A stretch of DNA of 63,963 nucleotides, counting the filler, from Octopus bimaculoides (lineage: Eukaryota): assembly GCF_001194135.2 (NCBI RefSeq). It is 8 parts of 7 records of this genome, joined end to end, with 100 filler letters (N's around TTAATTAATTAA, not from the genome) between each part and the next. Parts side by side here need not be neighbours in the genome. Positions count along the whole stretch, not along the records: positions 14,360 to 36,060 come from NC_069004.1; positions 36,161 to 40,904 come from NC_068984.1; 6 more parts are not named here. One strand, given 5' to 3'. Shown piece after piece: positions 26,985-40,235 of this stretch (positions within the stretch are counted from its first letter, which is position 1; each line of letters begins with the position of its first letter). The notes under the pieces were generated by a model, which saw only the letters and a list, made by a program, of their open reading frames with translations, ran no database searches and was not told the origin of the DNA. Made by a program: the position numbers and the translations under genes.

Positions 26985-28195
26985 TTTAGCTTTTTGTTTG
27001 ATGTTTTTTGCATCAGTGATAGGTTTGTCACTATTTGGATCACGCTGGTCTTTCTGATTGTTAATTTCTAAGTCAGGAGACGCAATGGTAGGTCTGTTAG
27101 TATTTGGATGTCTTTGGTCATTCTTATTGTTAACTGAGAGGTCAAGAGACTTTTTTTAATTTCTTACTAAGCTTCATGACTGAAGCTTGCTTGGAATCTT
27201 CATGCTACGTGCAGTTCGTAAGAGCACATTACATGTCAAGGTCTATTATTGCTGATTTGAAGGGTTGTTCGAGCTGCATCAGGCCTCTTCCACCTATTTT
27301 CTTGGGAGATAAATCTTGTCTACATCTTTTGGATGGTGCATTCGGTACCTAGTAAGCATTTTACGGACCTTTCCATCCATATATGCATATCAGTGAGACT
27401 CCATTTAATGATACCGAAGCTATATGTGGTTACTGGAATGGCCACAGAATTGATTGCATTAATTCTGAGTTCAGGACCATTCTTACCCTCCGGTAGCATT
27501 CCTTGCGGATTTTCTCTTTCATTTTAGAGTGCTCGATTCCATCACCTTCTTTGGTTCCCAGATGTTTGTATGCTGCGAATTGAACTAGGCTTCGAATAGC
27601 TGTGGTAGTATCAAGTTCTATGCTTTCTTCCTTTATGAACTTCCCTGCCTTTAAAGTAGTCTTTTCACATCTACCAAGTCCTAATTCTATACCTATATCA
27701 GAGCTGAATTCTTTGCCGTTTTGGGAAAAGAGTTTTAGATCATCCATAAAGAGTAGATGATTAATTTTGTGGTCAAATATCTTATACCCTCTCTTAGCAT
27801 TATTCAGTTGCGTGGATAATGGAAACAGAGCGAGGCTGACTCACCTTGAAAGATACCACAGGTGATAATGATGCCTGGTGAAGTAGTATATCCTTGTGTA
27901 TGGTTTAAAATGAGAGTGGTTCTCCACAAATTCATGATTACTTTTAAAAAGTTCACAACTGTTGGAGTTACCTTGTAAATTTCCAGGGCCTTGATGATCC
28001 ATGAATGGGAGACACTTTCAAAAGCCTTCTTGTAACCTTCTGTAAGGTTTCTGTGTTTTGGATTTGCAATTTTCAATGACCATTTTATCAATCAGTAATT
28101 GGTCCTTACATCCATATGAACTCCTTTAACATCTATTTTGTTCCATTGGGAATAACTTCCTATTGTCCAACAAATCACATGCTCCATTCGCTATT
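26985..28195 (-). mobile_element. R4/Dong-clade non-LTR retrotransposon RT region (decayed, truncated)
   Basis: SYGCKDQLLIDKMV..YKKAFESVSHSWIIKALEIYK..GIFQGES..YMDDLKL..CEK..YKHLG..IYLPRK.GGRGLMQLE; many frameshifts; the 5' break abuts (AAT)n at 28208-28221. Confidence 0.85.
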
Positions 28196-28449
28196 ATAGA
28201 TGTTAATTTATTATTATTATTGTAATAGCCACTCTAAAGAGCTACTCACACGGTGTTCTGTTTATCCAACTATGATCTCACACTATGGAAATCGGCGCGC
28301 AGTAAGAGCGGATCCGAAACCAAGTGATAGTAAGGCGATGCTCCAGGCGCGACTGTTGATTCCCCGGTGTATTTTACTACGCTATTAAACCCCTCACAGA
28401 ATGCGCCCCTTTAGAGTACCAATTTTATAGCTACCACGGTGTAACAATT

Positions 28450-29230
28450 CTTTTTTGTCTGTAGTCAAAAAGTGTTATTTCCTATTTGCTTCTATCTAGA
28501 AATCAAGGGAATTGACTACTATCCCTTTCAAACTTTACTTTTGTGATCTGGACATAAATATTTTGAAACTAAAACATTTTCCATTACATTTCAGACAGCT
28601 TCAGCACTGAGTTACTGAATCAGAAATATCGTTATAGCAAATACTGTGCTCAATACCACAGATTTGATTACCACTTGATTATGTCCCTTAGTGGCTGACA
28701 ATATGTGATTTCACTGATCATGAGCAGAAGCAGTAGGGGAGGAATGACTACTATTCCCTTCAAGCTTTTGAAACCTGCACATCAATGTTTTAAAACTGAC
28801 CTATTTTCCATTTCATTTCAGACAGAGTTGCTGAAGCAGAAATATCGTTATAGCAAATAGTTTGGTTCAATGCCGCAGATTTGATTTTTGTCTTTGGTCA
28901 ATAAATGTTGTTTCCTATTTGCTTCGATCTAGAAATCAAAGCAAATTATTTCTATTCCCTTCGAACTTTGCTTTTGTGACCTGGACACCAATGTTTTCAA
29001 ACTGATTTACGTTTCATTACATTTCAGACAGATTCAGCGATGAGTTGCTGAAGCGGAAATATCGTTACAGTAAATACTCTGCTCAACGCTACAAATTTGT
29101 TTGTCAATTGCTTGACCTTAACCACTTGAGCATGTCCTTTAGTGGCTGATTATATGTGCATCTCTGATCATGAGCAGGAGTAGTGGGGGAGCATCAAAGC
29201 CATGTGTTGATAGGGGTTCTTTGCGGTTTC
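28450..29230. repeat. Degenerate tandem array of a composite repeat unit (about 3 units)
   Basis: Recurring cctatttgcttc.atctagaaatca, ttccatt.catttcagacag and gctgaa.cagaaatatcgtta.agcaaata blocks, fused to element X sequence. Confidence 0.7.
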
Positions 29231-29602
29231 AACAAATGTAATAAAAGCAAAGAAGGAAATATTAATCATATTTTATACTTTCTCGGGGTAAGCAAATAGG
29301 AAATATCAGTTGCTACCCATGGACGAAAATCGCATTACCTGCTCCCCTGTGTTATCTGGTTTAGCTACGAGCATTTATTAGTTGCATAAGAATAATACAC
29401 ATCTCACGTTGTAATACAACAATCAAAAGAAGCTTAATTAAGAGTAACTATGAACAGTTTGAAAAATACCTGGCAGTATCGTTAAGAACCTCGTTTTGTA
29501 GCCGCGAGGTTTCAGGTTCAACCCCGCTGCACAACAGCTTCGGCAAGTGTCTTCTACGATAGTAGCGGGCTAACCACTGCTTTGAGCGCAATTGTCTGTC
29601 TG

Positions 29603-29634
<32 letters not shown>

Positions 29635-29746
29635 ATGTGTATGCGTATGCGCATATGCTTGTTGTATTTTGGGCAAAAAGCCTCCTAACGCGACACCTCA
29701 CAAGAGTCTAGTCGATCACGTGATTACTATACAATATACATACGCA

Positions 29747-29792
<46 letters not shown>

Positions 29793-29854
29793 CATACTTT
29801 AACTAGTCTCAGTCAGAGGCTGGAGCCATACTGGAGCACCGCCTTACAGTGTTT

Positions 29855-30325
29855 CTTTGTGTCTCCTGTCACAATATGTGTTCATGTGGGATTTTAGATA
29901 GAAATTTGACCAGGTGCTATTTGAAGGTTTTCACATCTAAAACTCGCAAATTCCTGAGGTTGTTTGGTAGGATGTTAAGCAGTTGTGGTTCCCTGAAACC
30001 CAAGCTGGTGCAATAATGGATCCTTATCCGAAATGAAGACGAAGAGATCTTTTGCGTTATGCACTGCCGTCCTCTTTGACGGTTGGTATAGTCTTTAATT
30101 CCAAAGTTGGGAACTAGATCTTCCAGGATCTTCCATATGAATATCACTGCACATCTTTCTCCTTTCTCGGTTACTCTGCAGGGAACCTTTCCCAGTAGCT
30201 CATCTGTTTCACCAATTCTGTCTTCTTTTGTAGTGACGCTGGATTGCCTCAAGTTCCGCCACCAGATTGATGCTCGGCCGCGACCACATACGGGCAAACG
30301 TTGGCGTAAAACGAACAACGAACAT
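29855..30325 (-). mobile_element. CR1/L2-group LINE, RT C-terminal region (decayed)
   Basis: WSRPSINLVAELEAIQRHY / MSYWER / ERCAVIFIWKILEDLVPNFGI..SLGFREPQLLNILPNNLRNL..FK..FLSKIPHE: typical CR1-type 3' ORF2 motifs, frameshifted. Confidence 0.75.
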
Positions 30326-30402
30326 TCATATAGTTGCAACAAGATTATATACCTCAATTTATTTCAGAATAATGCTTTCAGAAAACACACTTATCAAGAA
30401 CG

Positions 30403-30454
<52 letters not shown>

Positions 30455-30849
30455 AATATACATATATACAAAGGTATACATAGATACTTGTATAAATATA
30501 TACATAGATACATATATACATATACATACACACGAACATATATATATGTATGTATATATACGTATATGCATATGTCTATATATANNNNNNNNNNNNNNNN
30601 NNNNNNNNNNNNNNNNNNNNNNNNNNNNNNNNNNNNNNNNNNNNNNNNNNNNNNNNNNNNNNNNNNNNNNNNNNNNNNNNNNNNNNNNNNNNNNNNNNNN
30701 NNNNNNNNNNNNNNNNNNNNNNNNNNNNNNNNNNNNNNNNNNNNNNNNNNNNNNNNNNNNNNNNNNNNNNNNNNNNNNNNNNNNNNNNNNNNNNNNNNNN
30801 NNNNNNNNNNNNNNNNNNNNNNNNNNNNNNNNNNNNNNNNNNNNNNNNN

Positions 30850-30885
<36 letters not shown>

Positions 30886-31699
30886 ATATGTATATATATG
30901 TGTGTGTATGTGTGTGTGGATACCCACGTGTGTAATAAAGTAAAATGGTGAGGAGAGAGAGAGAGAGTGTGATTAGCGGGGGTGGGGTCGGCAGTAACCA
31001 ATGTTGCTCAGATGCTAACAAATCTCAAATCTTTCAGACATAAGCACTTGGTACCGTTATCTATTGCTTTGCGAATAATCTAACCAAACATTAATCTTTA
31101 CATCCGGGGTAATAGGAGAATAAAAATACTAATAAATAACAGAAAAGAATAACAACACAACAACAACAACAATAATAACGATGATGATGATGATGATGAT
31201 GGTGATTAATATAATAAACAATAAAACAAAATTGTATAATTGTAAATATGAAATGAAAAAAACGACTGTAACATTAAATAATAAATATTACGAATAATCA
31301 GTTCATTGATTATTTTCGTTTCTTGTTTATATATTATTTGTATTTTGTATTCATATTTTTTCTGTCTGTTTGTTTGTCTGTCTGTCTGTCTGTCTGTCTC
31401 CTTCTTTCTCTTTCTCTTTCTCTTTCTCTTTCTCCTTCTCTCTCAGTCTCTCCTTGTCGGATGTCCTGTTCTCTGAGAAAAATCTTAAGGGAAAAAATAC
31501 CCAGATGATATATGTATGTATATATGTATATATATATAGATATGTATGTATATATGTACGTATGTATGTATGTATGTATATATGTACGTATATATGTATA
31601 TATGTATTAATGTACGTATGGTATATGTATATGTGCGTGTGTACATGTGTGTATCTATATATGAATATGAACATACATATGCATACATATATAAATAAG

Positions 31700-31737
<38 letters not shown>

Positions 31738-31899
31738 CATACCTACATATATAAATGCATGCATACATACATACGTGCATACACACATACATGTAAGCAT
31801 ATATTTTGTGTATTTATGTGTATATACATGTGCATATGTATATAAATATATGTATATGTATGTAATATAAATGCGCGTATTTCTATATGTATAAATATG

Positions 31900-31933
<34 letters not shown>

Positions 31934-31943
31934 NNNNNNNNNN

Positions 31944-31984
<41 letters not shown>

Positions 31985-32080
31985 CGCACATACACACACA
32001 CATACGCACATATATATATGTATATATGTATATGTATATATATATGTGTGCATATATATATATGCATATATATATACATT

Positions 32081-32121
<41 letters not shown>

Positions 32122-33242
32122 TCATATAAGATAACGAAACAAATGTATGTGGAAGAAAGAAAAAATAAAACAATAATGTTTTTTTAAGCAAAAAAAAAAG
32201 TAAATATTAAAGTAAAACAAAGACTTAAAGAATTACAAAGACAGTCTTGAAGGAACGAGGAAATGTAAATCACATCTTGAAGCCAGGAATGACAAATTAG
32301 GAAATTAAGAAAACTAAAAGCGTAAGAGAAAGAATCACAAAAGGACAAAAAAAAAAAATAAGTAAAAAGTATAAAAAATTACGAAAGAAAATGAAATTCA
32401 TGAAAAATGTGTGTTAAAAAAGGAAAAAATAAAAATGGAAAGCAAAAATAACACATATTTTATATTCATAATAACAAAGATAGTGTAATGTAAAATAGTA
32501 CAAAAAAAAAAGAACAGTTACAGCAGCAGTAGTAGCAGCAGCAGCGGCAGTGGTAGCAATGATAGAAGCAGCAACGGCAGAAGCAATGCAATGTCAAACT
32601 AGAAATATTTCTATCTGCATCCATGTGTGCCAGCGGGAAGGATTAGAATCCCGATGAACACCACCACCACCACCACCACCACCACCACNNNNNNNNNNNN
32701 NNNNNNNNNNNNNNNNNNNNNNNNNNNNNNNNNNNNNNNNNNNNNNNNNNNNNNNNNNNNNNNNNNNNNNNNNNNNNNNNNNNNNNNNNNNNNNNNNNNN
32801 NNNNNNNNNNNNNNNNNNNNNNNNNNNNNNNNNNNNNNNNNNNNNNNNNNNNNNNNNNNNNNNNNNNNNNNNNNNNNNNNNNNNNNNNNNNNNNNNNNNN
32901 NNNNNNNNNNNNNNNNNNNNNNNNNNNNNNNNNNNNNNNNNNNNNNNNNNNNNNNNNNNNNNNNNNNNNNNNNNNNNNNNNNNNNNNNNNNNNNNNNNNN
33001 NNNNNNNNNNNNNNNNNNNNNNNNNNNNNNNNNNNNNNNNNNNNNNNNNNNNNNNNNNNNNNNNNNNNNNNNNNNNNNNNNNNNNNNNNNNNNNNNNNNN
33101 NNNNNNNNNNNNNNNNNNNNNNNNNNNNNNNNNNNNNNNNNNNNNNNNNNNNNNNNNNNNNNNNNNNNNNNNNNNNNNNNNNNNNNNNNNNNNNNNNNNN
33201 NNNNNNNNNNNNNNNNNNNNNNNNNNNNNNNNNNNNNNNNNN

Positions 33243-33273
<31 letters not shown>

Positions 33274-35547
33274 ATCATCATCATCATCTTTATTTTCGTC
33301 GTCGTCGTCATCGTAGCCGTCATCATCGTAACCGCCGTTGCCGTCGTCATTGTCATCGACATCGTCATCGTCATCATAATCATTTACCATCATCGTCGTC
33401 ATCATCATCAACATCGACATCATTATCATCATCATCATCATCAACTTACAAAAGTATAATTATTAAGAACAAAACATCAAAGCAACGTTGCTGTCGTCCG
33501 TATAAACATACATTTTTTTTTTGTTTGTCTTTTGCCATAGTTGGGGTCAACCGGAATTCGTTGAGACAAATTTTCTGAGGTCGGATATCGTTCTCCTCGC
33601 CAACCCTCATCTGATTCCATCCAACTTAGAATTCCCCTATGACCGGAAATGTTTTCATATAAGATTGGAAAAGAACGGCGCCGTTTTGTGACGGCAACGC
33701 TATGTCACGACAAAAGTACACATACACGCACACTTACACACGTACATACATACATGTATATATGTATGCATACATACATTACATGCATACATATATACAT
33801 ATACGCACACATAGATGAATACATAAATACATTACATGCATATATTACATACATACAAACATACTGCATACTGGCTCTCCGTCAATTACGAGGATGTTGG
33901 TTCCAGTTGATCCGATGAACGGAACAGCCTGCTCGTGAAATGAATGTGCAAGTGGCTGAGCACTCCACAGACACGTGTAACCTTAACGTAACTCTCACAG
34001 AGATTCAGTGTGACACAGAATGTGACATGGCTGGCTCTTGTTGGAATACATTTTTGCCAGCTGAGTGAATAATAAAAAAGAATACACACACAAACATATA
34101 TGGTTATGGCGATGATGATTAAGTAGACCAATTCTTGCATGGAGGAGTCGGTGCCGTTGATTGTGTGGTATTGTTGGCGGAAAATGAGGTTGATTTTGTC
34201 CAGCTTTTCTCTTTTCTCGTTTACATAATCGGACTATTACCTAACACTACGTTGAAAGTTTCACGTAGTGCGCCTGAACCCAGAACCATGTGGTTGGGAA
34301 GCAAACTTCTTACCACTCAGCCAGGCCTGCAACTGTCCAGAACATTTTCAGAAGTTTGTCCTAAACGCCTGTCTCAGTTTTCAGACTTGCTTCATACACT
34401 GAATAATATGGTTTCCAATTTCTTTGGAGGCGAGGAGTAAAGCGATTTTTTTTTTTTTGACCCCGAAAGGATGAAAGGCAACAATCGATCTTGGCGGAAT
34501 TTGAGGTCAGAACGTAAAGAGGAATGAATAGCTGCCAAGAATTTTGTCAGGCGTGCTTTGGGTTCCGCCAGCTCACCGCTTTAAAAGTTCTGAGTAGTTG
34601 AAAGCTTACATTTCTTAAGCCCTAAGTTACTCTGNNNNNNNNNNNNNNNNNNNNNNNNNNNNNNNNNNNNNNNNNNNNNNNNNNNNNNNNNNNNNNNNNN
34701 NNNNNNNNNNNNNNNNNNNNNNNNNNNNNNNNNNNNNNNNNNNNNNNNNNNNNNNNNNNNNNNNNNNNNNNNNNNNNNNNNNNNNNNNNNNNNNNNNNNN
34801 NNNNNNNNNNNNNNNNNNNNNNNNNNNNNNNNNNNNNNNNNNNNNNNNNNNNNNNNNNNNNNNNNNNNNNNNNNNNNNNNNNNNNNNNNNNNNNNNNNNN
34901 NNNNNNNNNNNNNNNNNNNNNNNNNNNNNNNNNNNNNNNNNNNNNNNNNNNNNNNNNNNNNNNNNNNNNNNNNNNNNNNNNNNNNNNNNNNNNNNNNNNN
35001 NNNNNNNNNNNNNNNNNNNNNNNNNNNNNNNNNNNNNNNNNNNNNNNNNNNNNNNNNNNNNNNNNNNNNNNNNNNNNNNNNNNNNNNNNNNNNNNNNNNN
35101 NNNNNNNNNNNNNNNNNNNNNNNNNNNNNNNNNNNNNNNNNNNNNNNNNNNNNNNNNNNNNNNNNNNNNNNNNNNNNNNNNNNNNNNNNNNNNNNNNNNN
35201 NNNNNNNNNNNNNNNNNNNNNNNNNNNNNNNNNNNNNNNNNNNNNNNNNNNNNNNNNNNNNNNNNNNNNNNNNNNNNNNNNNNNNNNNNNNNNNNNNNNN
35301 NNNNNNNNNNNNNNNNNNNNNNNNNNNNNNNNNNNNNNNNNNNNNNNNNNNNNNNNNNNNNNNNNNNNNNNNNNNNNNNNNNNNNNNNNNNNNNNNNNNN
35401 NNNNNNNNNNNNNNNNNNNNNNNNNNNNNNNNNNNNNNNNNNNNNNNNNNNNNNNNNNNNNNNNNNNNNNNNNNNNNNNNNNNNNNNNNNNNNNNNNNNN
35501 NNNNNNNNNNNNNNNNNNTAAGCATTTTGCCCGGCATGCTAATGTTT

Positions 35548-35782
35548 TTTTATTTCTTTATTACCCACAGGGGACTAAACATAGAGGGGACAAACAAGGA
35601 CAGACAGAGGGATTAAGTCGATTAAATCGACCCCAGTGCGTAACTAGTAGTTACTTTATCGACCCTGAAAGGATGAAAGGCAAAGTCGATCTCGGTGGAA
35701 TTTGAACTCGGAACGGAGCGGTAGACGAAATACCAGTAAGCGTTTCGACCGGTGTGCTAATGATTCTGCCAACTCGCTGCGT
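35548..35782 (-). mobile_element. SINE family B, full length (tail type 1)
   Basis: Colinear with 9003-9235. Confidence 0.9.
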
Positions 35783-36160
35783 TTATGTATCATATGCAAT
35801 GCGTGGAGACTAGAGGAATATATCCTGTGTATCACGTGATGCACAGACAGGCAAATCGCTAACCAATTATCCAAACGTCCCAATATTCCTGCTAAACTAT
35901 TCCATGGATAAAATGGTTATTTTCAAAGATATAATTATTCACCCATATTAATGATAATATTGTACGAATATTGAATGAATTTCTATTATATATTTTTTTC
36001 TTTTACTTCAGTCACACACACACATACATACATACATACATACATACATACATACATACANNNNNNNNNNNNNNNNNNNNNNNNNNNNNNNNNNNNNNNN
36101 NNNNTTAATTAATTAANNNNNNNNNNNNNNNNNNNNNNNNNNNNNNNNNNNNNNNNNNNN

Positions 36161-36199
<39 letters not shown>

Positions 36200-37234
36200 A
36201 TAGGCTTCTTTCAGTTTCCATCTACCACTTCACTCACAAGCTCACTAGCTCAAGGTGTCATGCAGAAGGACTAAACCCAAAACCCCTGACAGTGGAGAAC
36301 AAAATGCTTAAGCACACAGCTATGCCTGCACCAGTATCATATGCAGATATTCTCTTAGCTTCACAGTGTTACCCCCTTATAGCTAAAAAACAGAAAACAT
36401 GATTTTGCTAACTTCAGCTATAAAGGTCAGGCAAAGATGTAAAAAATATTGAAAGCTCTATTATCATTGCCTTTATCATCAGTACACTTCCATGGATCAT
36501 GCCTGCTGTGTCAGGGAATCAGGTAAAAAGAAAAATATGTTATCTATTTCTACAAAAGAAGGATAAAGATTAAAGTTACTGTTACAACATACTTCTCAGA
36601 TAACAGCAACCATCGGGATTTGTGAATTTTCCGTTGTCTAGGAAGATATTTTGTTTTTGGGTTATTTAAGCATGTATTATATAGATGAAGGAGTGCAGCA
36701 AATAAAAAATGGGAAATATCATACAATGGAAAACATTTTATTATCTGATAAATCCACTGAAATCAATTTGTGTCCAAAAAAATAAATATTAAAAAAAGGA
36801 AAAAATAATATAAATCTTACAGCACTAGAACCGGATAATGAATGCCTTGTTGGTTTGCTTGTTTGTTTAATATATGTTTTTCTTTACTGACATGAGTTGA
36901 AAGGGGACTATTTGAAGCAGTATTTCATATCTGGGTGCCCTTCCTTATTGCTAGAGATATTTTATTTCACAGTTCTTTGAAAGTACAGAACAACTGGTTG
37001 TAATGTCAATATTGAAGACAATCACCATATCAGTGTTTTGCTCCTAAGGTGGCAAGTGAAGTTGTGCAATGTCAACATTCACACACATATGTATACACAC
37101 ACACACATCACTTTGCATGTTATGATGATGGCATACATACATTTACGTAAATATAAGTGGGTGAGTGTCTTTTTTATATACATTCACACATATGCAACAG
37201 AATTTTATGTGTCACAAACACAAGTGCCTTTTAC

Positions 37235-37957
37235 ATGTCTTTTTCTCAAACGAGAAAAACTTTGACCAAGATCAAAAAAGCTAACAGAAGAAATGACAGA
37301 TGGTTATGTGCAAACCCTTCTGAAGTTCTAAGTCTTATGCATACAAAATTTCCTGCAGATGTCATGGTTTTAGGGGTTGTCAGCAATGAAGGACATGTGA
37401 TGTCTCCATACTTCTTTCCATAAGGCCTTAGAGTTAACTCTGCTGCCTACATTGAGGTCCTGGAAATAATTCTTAAGTCCTGGATAGACAGTGTATGCAA
37501 TGGAAGGACATATGTGTTTCAGTAAGACTCTGCACTATCACACATGGCTCTAGTAATACTGGAATGGATGGCTGAAGCTTTTCATGATCACATAACTCCT
37601 AACATTTGGCCTTCTAATTCCCCAGATTTCAATCCATTGGACTATTACGCATGAAGCGTTGTTGAGAGAGATAGGTCAAAGAACACACCTATAGCACCAA
37701 AGATTATTTGAAAGCTGTCATAGTCAGAGCAATGTCCAAAATGAACCAGGACCACCTGATTCGAGCATGTAGATGATTTAGATGTCATAAAGAAGCAGTT
37801 GTTGAAGCTGAAGGTGGTTTTATTGAATAACATTATAGAAAAGAAGGTTTATTTTTATCCTCATAGCACTTTTTGATAAATAAAATTATCTGTTATTATA
37901 TAACGTTTTTTTTTTTATAAACATAAATCTGTCTTCAAATATCTTATGCACCCTCTA
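37235..37957 (+). mobile_element. maT (DD37D) Tc1/mariner transposase 3' half with right TIR
   Basis: FSNEKNFDQDQK / NRRNDRW..MHTKFPADVMVLGVVSNEGHVM..VFQ*DSALSH..SPDFNPLDY; 37 residues lie between the 2nd and 3rd catalytic Asp; ends ttatgcaccctc+TA. Confidence 0.85.
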
Positions 37958-38245
37958 TATATATACATACACACACATACAAGCATATATATATACATAC
38001 ATATGCTTTATTCAGCATGGGGCAATAGTAGAAGACACTTGCTTAAAGTGCCACACAGTAGGACTGAACCCAGAACCATGTGGTCGGGAGGCAAATTTCT
38101 TACCACATAGCCACATCTGTGCTTATTGTAGATGTTATTATTCTGAAAGCTTGCTGTCATCATCATCATTATCTTTGTTGTTGTCATCATCATCATCATC
38201 ATGATCATCACAACTGTCATCACCACTATCACCTCCACCACCACC

Positions 38246-38276
<31 letters not shown>

Positions 38277-38734
38277 CGATCACACAGTATTTATCTGATA
38301 CACAATTAATACCTCCAACCCTGATTTATCTCTACCGTGTATTTATTGTCTTTATTACTTTTATGCATTAAGTTATTAATAATTTATTTCTCAGCTACTT
38401 TAAAAAAAGAATCAGTGAGTGGGCAATATTATTACGGTTATATTTCTCCAAACGCTGTCAGGCTAATTATAGATTATTTTTAACATAATGAGACTTTTCT
38501 CGGCTTAGCTAATTATAAATTCTGGAATATTATGAATAATATACACAGTAGATTAAACAGGTTTCACAACACAGGAAAATCATATCTCTGCCAATAAATA
38601 TCCCACATTGTTATAGAAGACAATTAGCAAAGCACTCTAAGTAATTTACATGACAACATAGATATATTATTGTTTAGCCCAGCTCAGCACGGATCAAAAG
38701 GAATTCCAACCATGACCATCTTGTACTTTAGTAC

Positions 38735-38934
38735 TACTCTTTTTACTCTTTTACTTGTTTCAGTCATTTGACTGTGGCCATGCTGGAGCACCGCCTTTAG
38801 TCGAGCAAATCGACCCCAGGACTTATTCTATCGTTCCATTTTGCCAAACCGCTAAGTTACAGAGATGCAAACACACCAGCATCAGTTGTCAAGCGATGTT
38901 GGGGGGACAAACACAGACACACAAACATATACAC

Positions 38935-39024
<90 letters not shown>

Positions 39025-39183
39025 GACAGGCTTCTTTCAGTTTCTGTCTACCAAATCCACTCACAAGGCTTTGGTCGGCCCGAGGCTATAGTAGAAGACA
39101 CTTGCCCAAGGTGCCACACAGTGGGACTGAACCCGGAACCATGTGGTTGGTAAGCAAGCTACTTACCACACAGCCACTCCTAC
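38735..39183 (-). mobile_element. SINE family A, full length (tRNA head + CORE-like domain + internal (TA)n + tail)
   Basis: Head ggagtggctgtgtggtaag..ggttcagtcccac, CORE-like ggcaccttgggcaagtgtcttct, about 80 bp of (TA)n inside, tail ending gactgaaacaagtaaaagag. Confidence 0.9.
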
Positions 39184-39845
39184 AGTACATTTTTTATCTT
39201 TCATTTCAAGTAGTCTGTTTAGGACTACTATGTGTTATTCATATTGTAAGGTGGAATTTAAAGACAGAAGACTGCTATTTAGGATGTGATTTTAAAGACA
39301 GTAGACTGTCATTTTTAGCAAACTGAATGACCACACAGAAACACCCTCATCTGGCTTAAGTAGGTAGGTATAATAAATAATTGTATAGTTATTTTTGTCA
39401 CAAAAAATAGGTGTACACGATTTGTGTGACCAGGCCAGCATGTTTATAGCTTTATAGCTTTATTGCTTTAAGACTGTTGTCAGAAATATAAATATTATAT
39501 ATATAAGGTTGTTATGAGAAATATAATTGTGTGTGTGTGCATGTGCGTGAAAAGGTGTGTGGCCTAGTGATTAGTGGTGTTGCAGCTATAATCACTAGAT
39601 CATGGGCTCAATTCCCAGGCTGAGCAGCACGTTTGTGTCCTTAAGCAAAGCACTTCATTTCATGTTGCTTCAGTCCACCCAGCTGTAAATGAATAACCCT
39701 TCAATGGAGTAGCCTTCTCCTTCACATCAGGAAGAATGTTTGCATGTTCACCTAAGTAGACTGGCATCATTCAAAAGCTAAAATGAAGCAAAGAGCATGT
39801 GACCAGTGATGTATAACAATATCTGATAGTCTGGTGAATCACATG

Positions 39846-39878
<33 letters not shown>

Positions 39879-40235
39879 CAAAATATGGTATTATTCCAAA
39901 AGGAATAAAATGGTGTAAAACAATGTAATCTTCTCATCAGGGAAAGAAAGAAACCAAATACATCAATGAGACATTTTAACAGAATGTGATGAATATGTAT
40001 AATGATGAACAGAATACTATTAAGCTTTTTTAATAAACCATTAGTAGATATAACGTCAAAGGTAGCCTATAGAAAGAGAAAGGGTAAAAGAAAGGAATAA
40101 GCAGAAAACTAATAAAGGAGAAATATAGAGCGATATGTGAATTAAATAAAAGCTTAAAGGCTTGGAAAAAGATATATCTAGAGGAAGTGAAATGTATGAA
40201 GAAAATCAATGTTCAAATTATATAGAATGGTAGAA

